Source of the DNA: the human T2T-CHM13v2.0 reference genome, Homo sapiens
NCBI RefSeq assembly: GCF_009914755.1
Contig: NC_060942.1
DNA length: 64,000 nt
Strand: one strand, 5' to 3'
Position 1 is the first letter of the stretch. Every line of letters begins with the position of its first letter. Shown piece by piece: positions 52,898 through 64,000 of this stretch. The notes below the pieces were generated by a model. That model saw nothing but the letters and a program-made list of their open reading frames with translations. It did no database searches and was not told the DNA's origin. The position numbers and the translations under genes are program-made.

Positions 52898-55607
52898 TCT
52901 TTGGGATGTTTGCATTCAAGTCACAGAGTAGAACATTCCCTTTGGTAGAGCAGGTTTGAAACACTCTTTTTGTAGTATCTGGAAGTGGACATTTGGAGCG
53001 CTTTCAGGCCCATGTTGGAAAGGGAAATATCTTCCCGTAACAACTAGGCAGAAGCATTCTCAGAAACTTATTTGAGATGTGTGTACTCAACTAAGAGAAT
53101 TGAACCACCGTTTTGAAGGAGCAGTTTTGAAACACTCTTTTTCTGGAATCTGCAAGAGTATATTTGCCTAGCCTTGAGGATTTCGTTGGAAACGGGATTG
53201 TCTTCAGAGAAAATCTAGACAGAAGTATTCTCAGAAACTTCTTTGGGATGTTTGCATTCAAGTCACAGAGTAGAACATTCCCTTTGGTAGAGCAGGTTTG
53301 AAACACTCTTTTTGTAGTATCTGGAAGTGGACATTTGGAGCGCTTTCAGGCCTACGTTGGAAAAGGAAATATCTTCCCATAACAACTAGACAGAAGCATT
53401 CTCAGAAACTAGTTTCTGATGTGTGTCCTCAACTAACACAGTTGAACATTTCTTTAGACAGAACAGTTTTGAAACACTCTTTTTGTGGAATCTGCAAGTG
53501 GCTATTTGGCTAGATTTGAGGATTTCGTTGGAAACGGGATTACATATAAAAAGCAGTCAGCAGCATTCTCAGAAAGTTCTTTGTGATGATTGCATTCAAG
53601 TCACAGAATTGAACATTCCCTTTCACAGAGCAGGTTTGAAACACTCTTTTTGTAGTGTGTGTAAGTGGACATTTGGAGCACTTTCCGGCCTAAGGTGAAA
53701 AAGGAAATATCTTCCCATAAAAACTAGACAGAAGCATTCTCAGAAACTTACTCGTGATGTGTGTCCTCAACTAAAGGAGTAGAACCTTTCTTTTCATAGA
53801 GAAGTTTTGAAACGCTCTTTTTGTGGAATCTGCAAGTGGATATTTGGCTAGTTTTGAGGATTTCGTTGGAAGCGGGAATTCATACAAATTGCAGACTGCA
53901 GCGTTCTGAGAAACATCTTTGTGATGTTTGTATTCAGGACACAGAGTTGAACATTCCCTATCATAGAGCAGGTTGGAATCACTCCTTTTGTAGTATCTGG
54001 AAGTGGACATTTGGAGCGCTTTCAGGCCTATGTTGGAAAAGGAAATATCTTCCCATAACAACTAGACAGAAGCATTCTCAGAAACTTATTTGAGATGTGT
54101 GTACTCAACTAAGAGAATTGAACCACCGTTTTGAAGGAGCAGTTTTGAAACTCTCTTTTTCTGGAATCTGCAAGTGGATATTTGGCTAGCTTTGGGGATT
54201 TCGCTGGAAGCGGGAATACATATAAAAAGCACACAGCAGCGTTCTGAGAAACTGCTTTCTGATGTTTGCATTCAAGTCAAAAGTTGAACACTCCCTTTCA
54301 TAGAGCAGTCTTGAAACACCCCTTTTGTAGTATCTGGAACTGGACTTTTGGAGCGATTTCAGGGCTAAGGTGAAAAAGGAAATATCTTCCCATAAAAACT
54401 GGACAGAAGCATTCTCAGAAACTTGGTTATGCTGTATCTACTCAACTAACAAAGTTGAACCTTTCTTTTGATAGAGCAGTTTTGAAATGGTCTTTTTGTG
54501 GAATCTGCAAGTGGATATTTGGCTAGTTTTGAGGATTTCGTTGGAAGCGGGAATTCATACAAATTGCAGACTGCAGCGTTCTGAGAAACATCTTTGTGAT
54601 GTTTGTATTCAGGACACAGAGTTGAACATTCCCTATCATAGAGCAGGTTTGAATCACTCCTTTTGTAGTATCTGGAAGTGGACATTTGGAGTGCTTTCAG
54701 GCCTATGTTGGAAAAGGAAATATCTTCCCATAACAACTAGACAGAAGCATTCTCAGAAACTTATTTGAGATGAGTGTACTCAACTAAGAGAATTGAACCA
54801 CCGTTTTGAAGGAGCAGTTTTGACACACTCTTTTTCTGGAATCTGCAAGTGGATATTTGGCTAGCTTTGGGGATTTCGCTGGAAGCGGGAATACATATAA
54901 AAAGCACACAGCAGCGTTCTGAGAAACTGCTTTCTGATGTTTGCATTCAAGTCAAAAGTTGAACACTCCCTTTCATAGAGCAGTCTTGAAACACCCCTTT
55001 TGTAGTATCTGGAACTGGACTTTTGGAGCGATTTCAGGGCTAAGGTGAAAAAGGAAATATCTTCCCATAAAAACTGGACAGAAGCATTCTCAGAAACTTG
55101 TTTATGCTGTATCTACTCAACTAACAAAGTTGAACCTTTCTTTTGATAGAGCAGTTTTGAAATGGTCTTTTTGTGGAATCTGCAAGTGGATATTTGGCTA
55201 GTTTTGAGGATTTCGTTGGAAGCGGGAATTCATACAAATTGCAGACTGCAGCGTTCTGAGAAACATCTTTGTGATGTTTGTATTCAGGACACAGAGTTGA
55301 ACATTCCCTATCATAGAGCAGGTTGGAATCACTCCTTTTGTAGTATCTGGAAGTGGACATTTGGAGCGCTTTCAGGCCTATTTTGGAAAGGGAAATATCT
55401 TCCCGTAACAACTATGCAGAAGCATTCTCAGAAACTTGTTTGTGATGTGTGCCCTCTACTGACAGAGTTGAACCTTTCTTTTCATAGAGCAGTTTTGAAA
55501 CACTCTTTTTGTAGAATCTGCAAGAGGATATTTGCATAGCTTTGAGGATTTCGTGGGAAACGGGATTGTCTTCAGGTAAAATCTAGACAGAAGCATTCTT
55601 AGAAACT
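52898..55607 (+). repeat. 16-mer HOR structural variant U26 (2710 bp), haplotype B
   Basis: Anchor spacing 53423->56133 = 2710. Markers at 53226, 54824 and 55600 shared with U20 and U28. Confidence 0.96.
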
Positions 55608-57642
55608 TCTTTGGGATGTTTGCATTCAAGTCACAGAGTAGAACATTCCCTTTGGTAGAGCAGGTTTGAAACACTCTTTTTGTAGTATCTGGAAGTGGAC
55701 ATTTGGAGCGCTTTCAGGCCCATGTTGGAAAGGGAAATATCTTCCCGTAACAACTAGGCAGAAGCATTCTCAGAAACTTATTTGAGATGTGTGTACTCAA
55801 CTAAGAGAATTGAACCACCGTTTTGAAGGAGCAGTTTTGAAACACTCTTTTTCTGGAATCTGCAAGAGTATATTTGCCTAGCCTTGAGGATTTCGTTGGA
55901 AACGGGATTGTCTTCAGAGAAAATCTAGACAGAAGCATTCTCAGAAACTTCTTTGGGATGTTTGCATTCAAGTCACAGAGTAGAACATTCCCTTTGGTAG
56001 AGCAGGTTTGAAACACTCTTTTTTTAGTATATGGAAGTGGACATTTTGATCGCTTTCAGGCCTACGTTGGAAAAGGAAATATCTTCCCATAACAACTAGA
56101 CAGAAGCATTCTCAGAAACTAGTTTCTGATGTGTGTCCTCAACTAACACAGTTGAACATTTCTTTAGACAGAACAGTTTTGAAACACTCTTTTTGTGGAA
56201 TCTGCAAGTGGCTATTTGGCTAGATTTGAGGATTTCGTTGGAAACGGGATTACATATAAAAAGCAGTCAGCAGCATTCTCAGAAAGTTCTTTGTGATGAT
56301 TGCATTCAAGTCACAGAATTGAACATTCCCTTTCACAGAGCAGGTTTGAAACACTCTTTTTGTAGTGTGTGTAAGTGGACATTTGGAGCACTTACCGGCC
56401 TAAGGTGAAAAAGGAAATATCTTCCCATAAAAACTAGACAGAAGCATTCTCAGAAACTTACTCGTGATGTGTGTCCTCAACTAAAGGAGTAGAACCTTTC
56501 TTTTCATAGAGAAGTTTTGAAACGCTCTTTTTGTGGAATCTGCAAGTGGATATTTGGCTAGTTTTGAGGATTTCGTTGGAAGCGGGAATTCATACAAATT
56601 GCAGACTGCAGCGTTCTGAGAAACATCTTTGTGATGTTTGTATTCAGGACACAGAGTTGAACATTCCCTATCATAGAGCAGGTTGGAATCACTCCTTTTG
56701 TAGTATCTGGAAGTGGACATTTGGAGCGCTTTCAGGCCTATGTTGGAAAAGGAAATATCTTCCCATAACAACTAGACAGAAGCATTCTCAGAAACTTATT
56801 TGAGATGTGTGTACTCAACTAAGAGAATTGAACCACCGTTTTGAAGGAGCAGTTTTGAAACTCTCTTTTTCTGGAATCTGCAAGTGGATATTTGGCTAGC
56901 TTTGGGGATTTCGCTGGAAGCGGGAATACATATAAAAAGCACACAGCAGCGTTCTGAGAAACTGCTTTCTGATGTTTGCATTCAAGTCAAAAGTTGAACA
57001 CTCCCTTTCATAGAGCAGTCTTGAAACACCCCTTTTGTAGTATCTGGAACTGGACTTTTGGAGCGATTTCAGGGCTAAGGTGAAAAAGGAAATATCTTCC
57101 CATAAAAACTGGACAGAAGCATTCTCAGAAACTTGTTTATGCTGTATCTACTCAACTAACAAAGTTGAACCTTTCTTTTGATAGAGCAGTTTTGAAATGG
57201 TCTTTTTGTGGAATCTGCAAGTGGATATTTGGCTAGTTTTGAGGATTTCGTTGGAAGCGGGAATTCATACAAATTGCAGACTGCAGCGTTCTGAGAAACA
57301 TCTTTGTGATGTTTGTATTCAGGACACAGAGTTGAACATTCCCTATCATAGAGCAGGTTGGAATCACTCCTTTTGTAGTATCTGGAAGTGGACATTTGGA
57401 GCGCTTTCAGGCCTATTTTGGAAAGGGAAATATCTTCCCGTAACAACTATGCAGAAGCATTCTCAGAAACTTGTTTGTGATGTGTGCCCTCTACTGACAG
57501 AGTTGAACCTTTCTTTTCATAGAGCAGTTTTGAAACACTCTTTTTGTAGAATCTGCAAGAGGATATTTGCATAGCTTTGAGGATTTCGTGGGAAACGGGA
57601 TTGTCTTCAGGTAAAATCTAGACAGAAGCATTCTCAGAAACT
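55608..57642 (+). repeat. 12-mer HOR U27
   Basis: Anchor spacing 56133->58168 = 2035. Confidence 0.95.
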
Positions 57643-60352
57643 TCTTTGGGATGTTTGCATTCAAGTCACAGAGTAGAACATTCCCTTTGGTAGAGCAGGT
57701 TTGAAACACTCTTTTTGTAGTATCTGGAAGTGGACATTTGGAGCGCTTTCAGGCCCATGTTGGAAAGGGAAATATCTTCCCGTAACAACTAGGCAGAAGC
57801 ATTCTCAGAAACTTATTTGAGATGTGTGTACTCAACTAAGAGAATTGAACCACCGTTTTGAAGGAGCAGTTTTGAAACACTCTTTTTCTGGAATCTGCAA
57901 GAGTATATTTGCCTAGCCTTGAGGATTTCGTTGGAAACGGGATTGTCTTCAGAGAAAATCTAGACAGAAGTATTCTCAGAAACTTCTTTGGGATGTTTGC
58001 ATTCAAGTCACAGAGTAGAACATTCCCTTTGGTAGAGCAGGTTTGAAACACTCTTTTTGTAGTATCTGGAAGTGGACATTTGGAGCGCTTTCAGGCCTAC
58101 GTTGGAAAAGGAAATATCTTCCCATAACAACTAGACAGAAGCATTCTCAGAAACTAGTTTCTGATGTGTGTCCTCAACTAACACAGTTGAACATTTCTTT
58201 AGACAGAACAGTTTTGAAACACTCTTTTTGTGGAATCTGCAAGTGGCTATTTGGCTAGATTTGAGGATTTCGTTGGAAACGGGATTACATATAAAAAGCA
58301 GTCAGCAGCATTCTCAGAAAGTTCTTTGTGATGATTGCATTCAAGTCACAGAATTGAACATTCCCTTTCACAGAGCAGGTTTGAAACACTCTTTTTGTAG
58401 TGTGTGTAAGTGGACATTTGGAGCACTTTCCGGCCTAAGGTGAAAAAGGAAATATCTTCCCATAAAAACTAGACAGAAGCATTCTCAGAAACTTACTCGT
58501 GATGTGTGTCCTCAACTAAAGGAGTAGAACCTTTCTTTTCATAGAGAAGTTTTGAAACGCTCTTTTTGTGGAATCTGCAAGTGGATATTTGGCTAGTTTT
58601 GAGGATTTCGTTGGAAGCGGGAATTCATACAAATTGCAGACTGCAGCGTTCTGAGAAACATCTTTGTGATGTTTGTATTCAGGACACAGAGTTGAACATT
58701 CCCTATCATAGAGCAGGTTTGAATCACTCCTTTTGTAGTATCTGGAAGTGGACATTTGGAGCGCTTTCAGGCCTATGTTGGAAAAGGAAATATCTTCCCA
58801 TAACAACTAGACAGAAGCATTCTCAGAAACTTATTTGAGATGTGTGTACTCAACTAAGAGAATTGAACCACCGTTTTGAAGGAGCAGTTTTGAAACTCTC
58901 TTTTTCTGGAATCTGCAAGTGGATATTTGGCTAGCTTTGGGGATTTCGCTGGAAGCGGGAATACATATAAAAAACACACAGCAGCGTTCTGAGAAACTGC
59001 TTTCTGATGTTTGCATTCAAGTCAAAAGTTGAACACTCCCTTTCATAGAGCAGTCTTGAAACACCCCTTTTGTAGTATCTGGAACTGGACTTTTGGAGCG
59101 ATTTCAGGGCTAAGGTGAAAAAGGAAATATCTTCCCATAAAAACTGGACAGAAGCATTCTCAGAAACTTGGTTATGCTGTATCTACTCAACTAACAAAGT
59201 TGAACCTTTCTTTTGATAGAGCAGTTTTGAAATGGTCTTTTTGTGGAATCTGCAAGTGGATATTTGGCTAGTTTTGAGGATTTCGTTGGAAGCGGGAATT
59301 CATACAAATTGCAGACTGCAGCGTTCTGAGAAACATCTTTGTGATGTTTGTATTCAGGACACAGAGTTGAACATTCCCTATCATAGAGCAGGTTTGAATC
59401 ACTCCTTTTGTAGTATCTGGAAGTGGACATTTGGAGTGCTTTCAGGCCTATGTTGGAAAAGGAAATATCTTCCCATAACAACTAGACAGAAGCATTCTCA
59501 GAAACTTATTTGAGATGAGTGTACTCAACTAAGAGAATTGAACCACCGTTTTGAAGGAGCAGTTTTGACACACTCTTTTTCTGGAATCTGCAAGTGGATA
59601 TTTGGCTAGCTTTGGGGATTTCGCTGGAAGCGGGAATACATATAAAAAGCACACAGCAGCGTTCTGAGAAACTGCTTTCTGATGTTTGCATTCAAGTCAA
59701 AAGTTGAACACTCCCTTTCATAGAGCAGTCTTGAAACACCCCTTTTGTAGTATCTGGAACTGGACTTTTGGAGCGATTTCAGGGCTAAGGTGAAAAAGGA
59801 AATATCTTCCCATAAAAACTGGACAGAAGCATTCTCAGAAACTTGTTTATGCTGTATCTACTCAACTAACAAAGTTGAACCTTTCTTTTGATAGAGCAGT
59901 TTTGAAATGGTCTTTTTGTGGAATCTGCAAGTGGATATTTGGCTAGTTTTGAGGATTTCGTTGGAAGCGGGAATTCATACAAATTGCAGACTGCAGCGTT
60001 CTGAGAAACATCTTTGTGATGTTTGTATTCAGGACACAGAGTTGAACATTCCCTATCATAGAGCAGGTTGGAATCACTCCTTTTGTAGTATCTGGAAGTG
60101 GACATTTGGAGCGCTTTCAGGCCTATTTTGGAAAGGGAAATATCTTCCCGTAACAACTATGCAGAAGCATTCTCAGAAACTTGTTTGTGATGTGTGCCCT
60201 CTACTGACAGAGTTGAACCTTTCTTTTCATAGAGCAGTTTTGAAACACTCTTTTTGTAGAATCTGCAAGAGGATATTTGCATAGCTTTGAGGATTTCGTG
60301 GGAAACGGGATTGTCTTCAGGTAAAATCTAGACAGAAGCATTCTTAGAAACT
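57643..60352 (+). repeat. 16-mer HOR structural variant U28 (2710 bp), haplotype B
   Basis: Anchor spacing 58168->60878 = 2710. Markers at 57971, 59569 and 60345. Confidence 0.96.
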
Positions 60353-63300
60353 TCTTTGGGATGTTTGCATTCAAGTCACAGAGTAGAACATTCCCTTTGG
60401 TAGAGCAGGTTTGAAACACTCTTTTTGTAGTATCTGGAAGTGGACATTTGGAGCGCTTTCAGGCCCATGTTGGAAAGGGAAATATCTTCCCGTAACAACT
60501 AGGCAGAAGCATTCTCAGAAACTTATTTGAGATGTGTGTACTCAACTAAGAGAATTGAACCACCGTTTTGAAGGAGCAGTTTTGAAACACTCTTTTTCTG
60601 GAATCTGCAAGAGTATATTTGCCTAGCCTTGAGGATTTCGTTGGAAACGGGATTGTCTTCAGAGAAAATCTAGACAGAAGCATTCTCAGAAACTTCTTTG
60701 GGATGTTTGCATTCAAGTCACAGAGTAGAACATTCCCTTTGGTAGAGCAGGTTTGAAACACTCTTTTTTTAGTATATGGAAGTGGACATTTTGATCGCTT
60801 TCAGGCCTACGTTGGAAAAGGAAATATCTTCCCATAACAACTAGACAGAAGCATTCTCAGAAACTAGTTTCTGATGTGTGTCCTCAACTAACACAGTTGA
60901 ACATTTCTTTAGACAGAACAGTTTTGAAACACTCTTTTTGTGGAATCTGCAAGTGGCTATTTGGCTAGATTTGAGGATTTCGTTGGAAACGGGATTACAT
61001 ATAAAAAGCAGTCAGCAGCATTCTCAGAAAGTTCTTTGTGATGATTGCATTCAAGTCACAGAATTGAACATTCCCTTTCACAGAGCAGGTTTGAAACACT
61101 CTTTTTGTAGTGTGTGTAAGTGGACATTTGGAGCACTTACCGGCCTAAGGTGAAAAAGGAAATATCTTCCCATAAAAACTAGACAGAAGCATTCTCAGAA
61201 ACTTACTCGTGATGTGTGTCCTCAACTAAAGGAGTAGAACCTTTCTTTTCATAGAGAAGTTTTGAAACGCTCTTTTTGTGGAATCTGCAAGTGGATATTT
61301 GGCTAGTTTTGAGGATTTCGTTGGAAGCGGGAATTCATACAAATTGCAGACTACAGCGTTCTGAGAAACATCTTTGTGATGTTTGTATTCAGGACACAGA
61401 GTTGAACATTCCCTATCATAGAGCAGGTTGGAATCTCTCCTTTTGTAGTATCTGGAAGTGGACATTTGGAGCGCTTTCAGGCCTATGTTGGAAAAGGAAA
61501 TATCTTCCCATAACAACTAGACAGAAGCATTCTCAGAAACTTATTTGAGATGTGTGTACTCAACTAAGAGAATTGAACCACCGTTTTGAAGGAGCAGTTT
61601 TGAAACTCTCTTTTTCTGGAATCTGCAAGTGGATATTTGGCTAGCTTTGGGGATTTCGCTGGAAGCGGGAATACATATAAAAAGCACACAGCAGCGTTCT
61701 GAGAAACTGCTTTCTGATGTTTGCATTCAAGTCAAAAGTTGAACACTCCCTTTCATAGAGCAGTCTTGAAACACCCCTTTTGTAGTATCTGGAACTGGAC
61801 TTTTGGAGCGATTTCAGGGCTAAGGTGAAAAAGGAAATATCTTACCATAAAAACTGGACAGAAGCATTCTCAGAAACTTGGTTATGCTGTATCTACTCAA
61901 CTAACAAAGTTGAACCTTTCTTTTGATAGAGCAGTTTTGAAATGGTCTTTTTGTGGAATCTGCAAGTGGATATTTGGCTAGTTTTGAGGATTTCGTTGGA
62001 AGCGGGAATTCATACAAATTGCAGACTGCAGCGTTCTGAGAAACATCTTTGTGATGTTTGTATTCAGGACACAGAGTTGAACATTCCCTATCATAGAGCA
62101 GGTTGGAATCACTCCTTTTGTAGTATCTGGAAGTGGACATTTGGAGCGCTTTCAGGCCTATTTTGGAAAGGGAAATATCTTCCCGTAACAACTATGCAGA
62201 AGCATTCTCAGAAACTTGTTTGTGATGTGTGCCCTCTACTGACAGAGTTGAACCTTTCTTTTCATAGAGCAGTTTTGAAACACTCTTTTTGTAGAATCTG
62301 CAAGAGGATATTTGCATAGCTTTGAGGATTTCGTGGGAAACGGGATTGTCTTCAGGTAAAATCTAGACAGAAGCATTCTCAGAAACTTCTTTGGGATGTT
62401 TGCATTCAAGTCACAGAGTAGAACATTCCCTTTGGTAGAGCAGGTTTGAAACACTCTTTTTGTAGTATCTGGAAGTGGACATTTGGAGCGCTTTCAGGCC
62501 CATGTTGGAAAGGGAAATATCTTCCCGTAACAACTAGGCAGAAGCATTCTCAGAAACTTATTTGAGATGTGTGTACTCAACTAAGAGAATTGAACCACCG
62601 TTTTGAAGGAGCAGTTTTGAAACACTCTTTTTCTGGAATCTGCAAGAGTATATTTGCCTAGCCTTGAGGATTTCGTTGGAAACGGGATTGTCTTCAGAGA
62701 AAATCTAGACAGAAGCATTCTCAGAAACTTCTTTGGGATGTTTGCATTCAAGTCACAGAGTAGAACATTCCCTTTGGTAGAGCAGGTTTGAAACACTCTT
62801 TTTGTAGTATCTGGAAGTGGACATTTGGAGCGCTTTCAGGCCTACGTTGGAAAAGGAAATATCTTCCCATAACAACTAGACAGAAGCATTCTCAGAAACT
62901 AGTTTCTGATGTGTGTCCTCAACTAACACAGTTGAACATTTCTTTAGACAGAACAGTTTTGAAACACTCTTTTTGTGGAATCTGCAAGTGGCTATTTGGC
63001 TAGATTTGAGGATTTCGTTGGAAACGGGATTACATATAAAAAGCAGTCAGCAGCATTCTCAGAAAGTTCTTTGTGATGATTGCATTCAAGTCACAGAATT
63101 GAACATTCCCTTTCACAGAGCAGGTTTGAAACACTCTTTTTGTAGTGTGTGTAAGTGGACATTTGGAGCACTTTCCGGCCTAAGGTGAAAAAGGAAATAT
63201 CTTCCCATAAAAACTAGACAGAAGCTTTCTCAGAAACTTACTCGTGATGTGTGTCCTCAACTAAAGGAGTAGAACCTTTCTTTTCATAGAGAAGTTTTGA

Positions 63301-64000
63301 AACGCTCTTTTTGTGGAATCTGCAAGTGGATATTTGGCTAGTTTTGAGGATTTCGTTGGAAGCGGGAATTCATACAAATTGCAGACTGCAGCGTTCTGAG
63401 AAACATCTTTGTGATGTTTGTATTCAGGACACAGAGTTGAACATTCCCTATCATAGAGCAGGTTTGAATCACTCCTTTTGTAGTATCTGGAAGTGGACAT
63501 TTGGAGCGCTTTCAGGCCTATGTTGGAAAAGGAAATATCTTCCCATAACAACTAGACAGAAGCATTCTCAGAAACTTATTTGAGATGTGTGTACTCAACT
63601 AAGAGAATTGAACCACCGTTTTGAAGGAGCAGTTTTGAAACTCTCTTTTTCTGGAATCTGCAAGTGGATATTTGGCTAGCTTTGGGGATTTCGCTGGAAG
63701 CGGGAATACATATAAAAAGCACACAGCAGCGTTCTGAGAAACTGCTTTCTGATGTTTGCATTCAAGTCAAAAGTTGAACACTCCCTTTCATAGAGCAGTC
63801 TTGAAACACCCCTTTTGTAGTATCTGGAACTGTTCTTTTGGAGCGATTTCAGGGCTAAGGTGAAAAAGGAAATATCTTCCCATAAAAACTGGACAGAAGC
63901 ATTCTCAGAAACTTGGTTATGCTGTATCTACTCAACTAACAAAGTTGAACCTTTCTTTTGATAGAGCAGTTTTGAAATGGTCTTTTTGTGGAATCTGCAA
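60353..64000 (+). repeat. 12-mer HOR U29 plus partial unit U30 (truncated by the window edge)
   Basis: Anchor spacing 60878->62913 = 2035; the sequence continues in register to the end of the window. Confidence 0.95.

Larger units (their letters stand above)
1..64000 (+). repeat. Centromeric alpha-satellite HOR array (dimeric, CENP-B box in alternate monomers), single orientation, about 377 monomers
   Basis: ~170-bp periodic alphoid motifs (CATTCTCAGAAACT, TTTGAAACACTCTTTTTGT, GTGGACATTTGGAGCGCTTT) run throughout. Identical ORF-track translations recur every 2035 bp (e.g. starts 3236, 5271, 7306, 9341, 11376). No non-satellite sequence seen. Confidence 0.99.

Noticed and set aside
11248-63230. 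Isolated singleton SNVs (e.g. 11248 GAGCACGT, 17620 AGCATACT, ~30745 AGATAAG, ~36307 GCATTTAA, ~63226 AAGCTTTCT)
   Set aside because: Ordinary point mutations or base errors with no pattern; insufficient for separate findings.
194-63761. About 260 ORFs of 61-125 aa on both strands (e.g. 2265-2642, 125 aa)
   Set aside because: They recur with the HOR period, overlap in several frames, often start at non-ATG codons, and are typical translations of alpha-satellite. No domain or gene structure; not genes.
1-64000. CRISPR-like appearance (conserved short motifs such as CAGAAGCATTCTCAGAAAC at regular spacing)
   Set aside because: The intervening sequences are homologous repeat monomers, not unique spacers; no cas genes; the period is ~170 bp.
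1-64000. Transposon insertion (L1/Alu), inversion or non-satellite island
   Set aside because: Unit lengths are fully accounted for (2033/2035/2036/2710), orientation never changes, and no poly-A tail or foreign sequence was seen.

Overview
The entire 64 kb window is an uninterrupted, head-to-tail primate (very likely human) centromeric alpha-satellite higher-order repeat (HOR) array. It has ~170-bp monomers in a dimeric arrangement, with a CENP-B box in every second monomer. The basic unit is a 2035-bp 12-mer with two EcoRI sites 675/1360 bp apart, which best matches what I recall of the chromosome 18 active array D18Z1 (SF2); this assignment is from memory, not a database search. There are 29 complete units plus one partial unit: 24 twelve-mers (21 of 2035 bp, one of 2036, two of 2033) and five 2710-bp 16-mers carrying an extra 675-bp tetramer. 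I found no genes, RNA genes, transposon insertions, inversions or CRISPR arrays; all listed ORFs are by-products of the repeat. I cannot support a new protein-coding system here. The informative signal is the array's own history: internal homology blocks that explain the 16-mer, two 16-mer haplotypes, nested multi-HOR duplications (4068, 4745 and ~8.8 kb), variants that switch between paralogous monomers, and a perfect 18-bp palindrome once per HOR. Variant calls were read by eye and should be confirmed by alignment. Unit starts used: U1 1, U2 2711, U3 4746, U4 6781, U5 8816, U6 10851, U7 13561, U8 15596, U9 17631, U10 19666, U11 21701, U12 23736, U13 25771, U14 27807, U15 29842, U16 31877, U17 33912, U18 35947, U19 37982, U20 40017, U21 42727, U22 44760, U23 46795, U24 48828, U25 50863, U26 52898, U27 55608, U28 57643, U29 60353, U30 62388 (partial).
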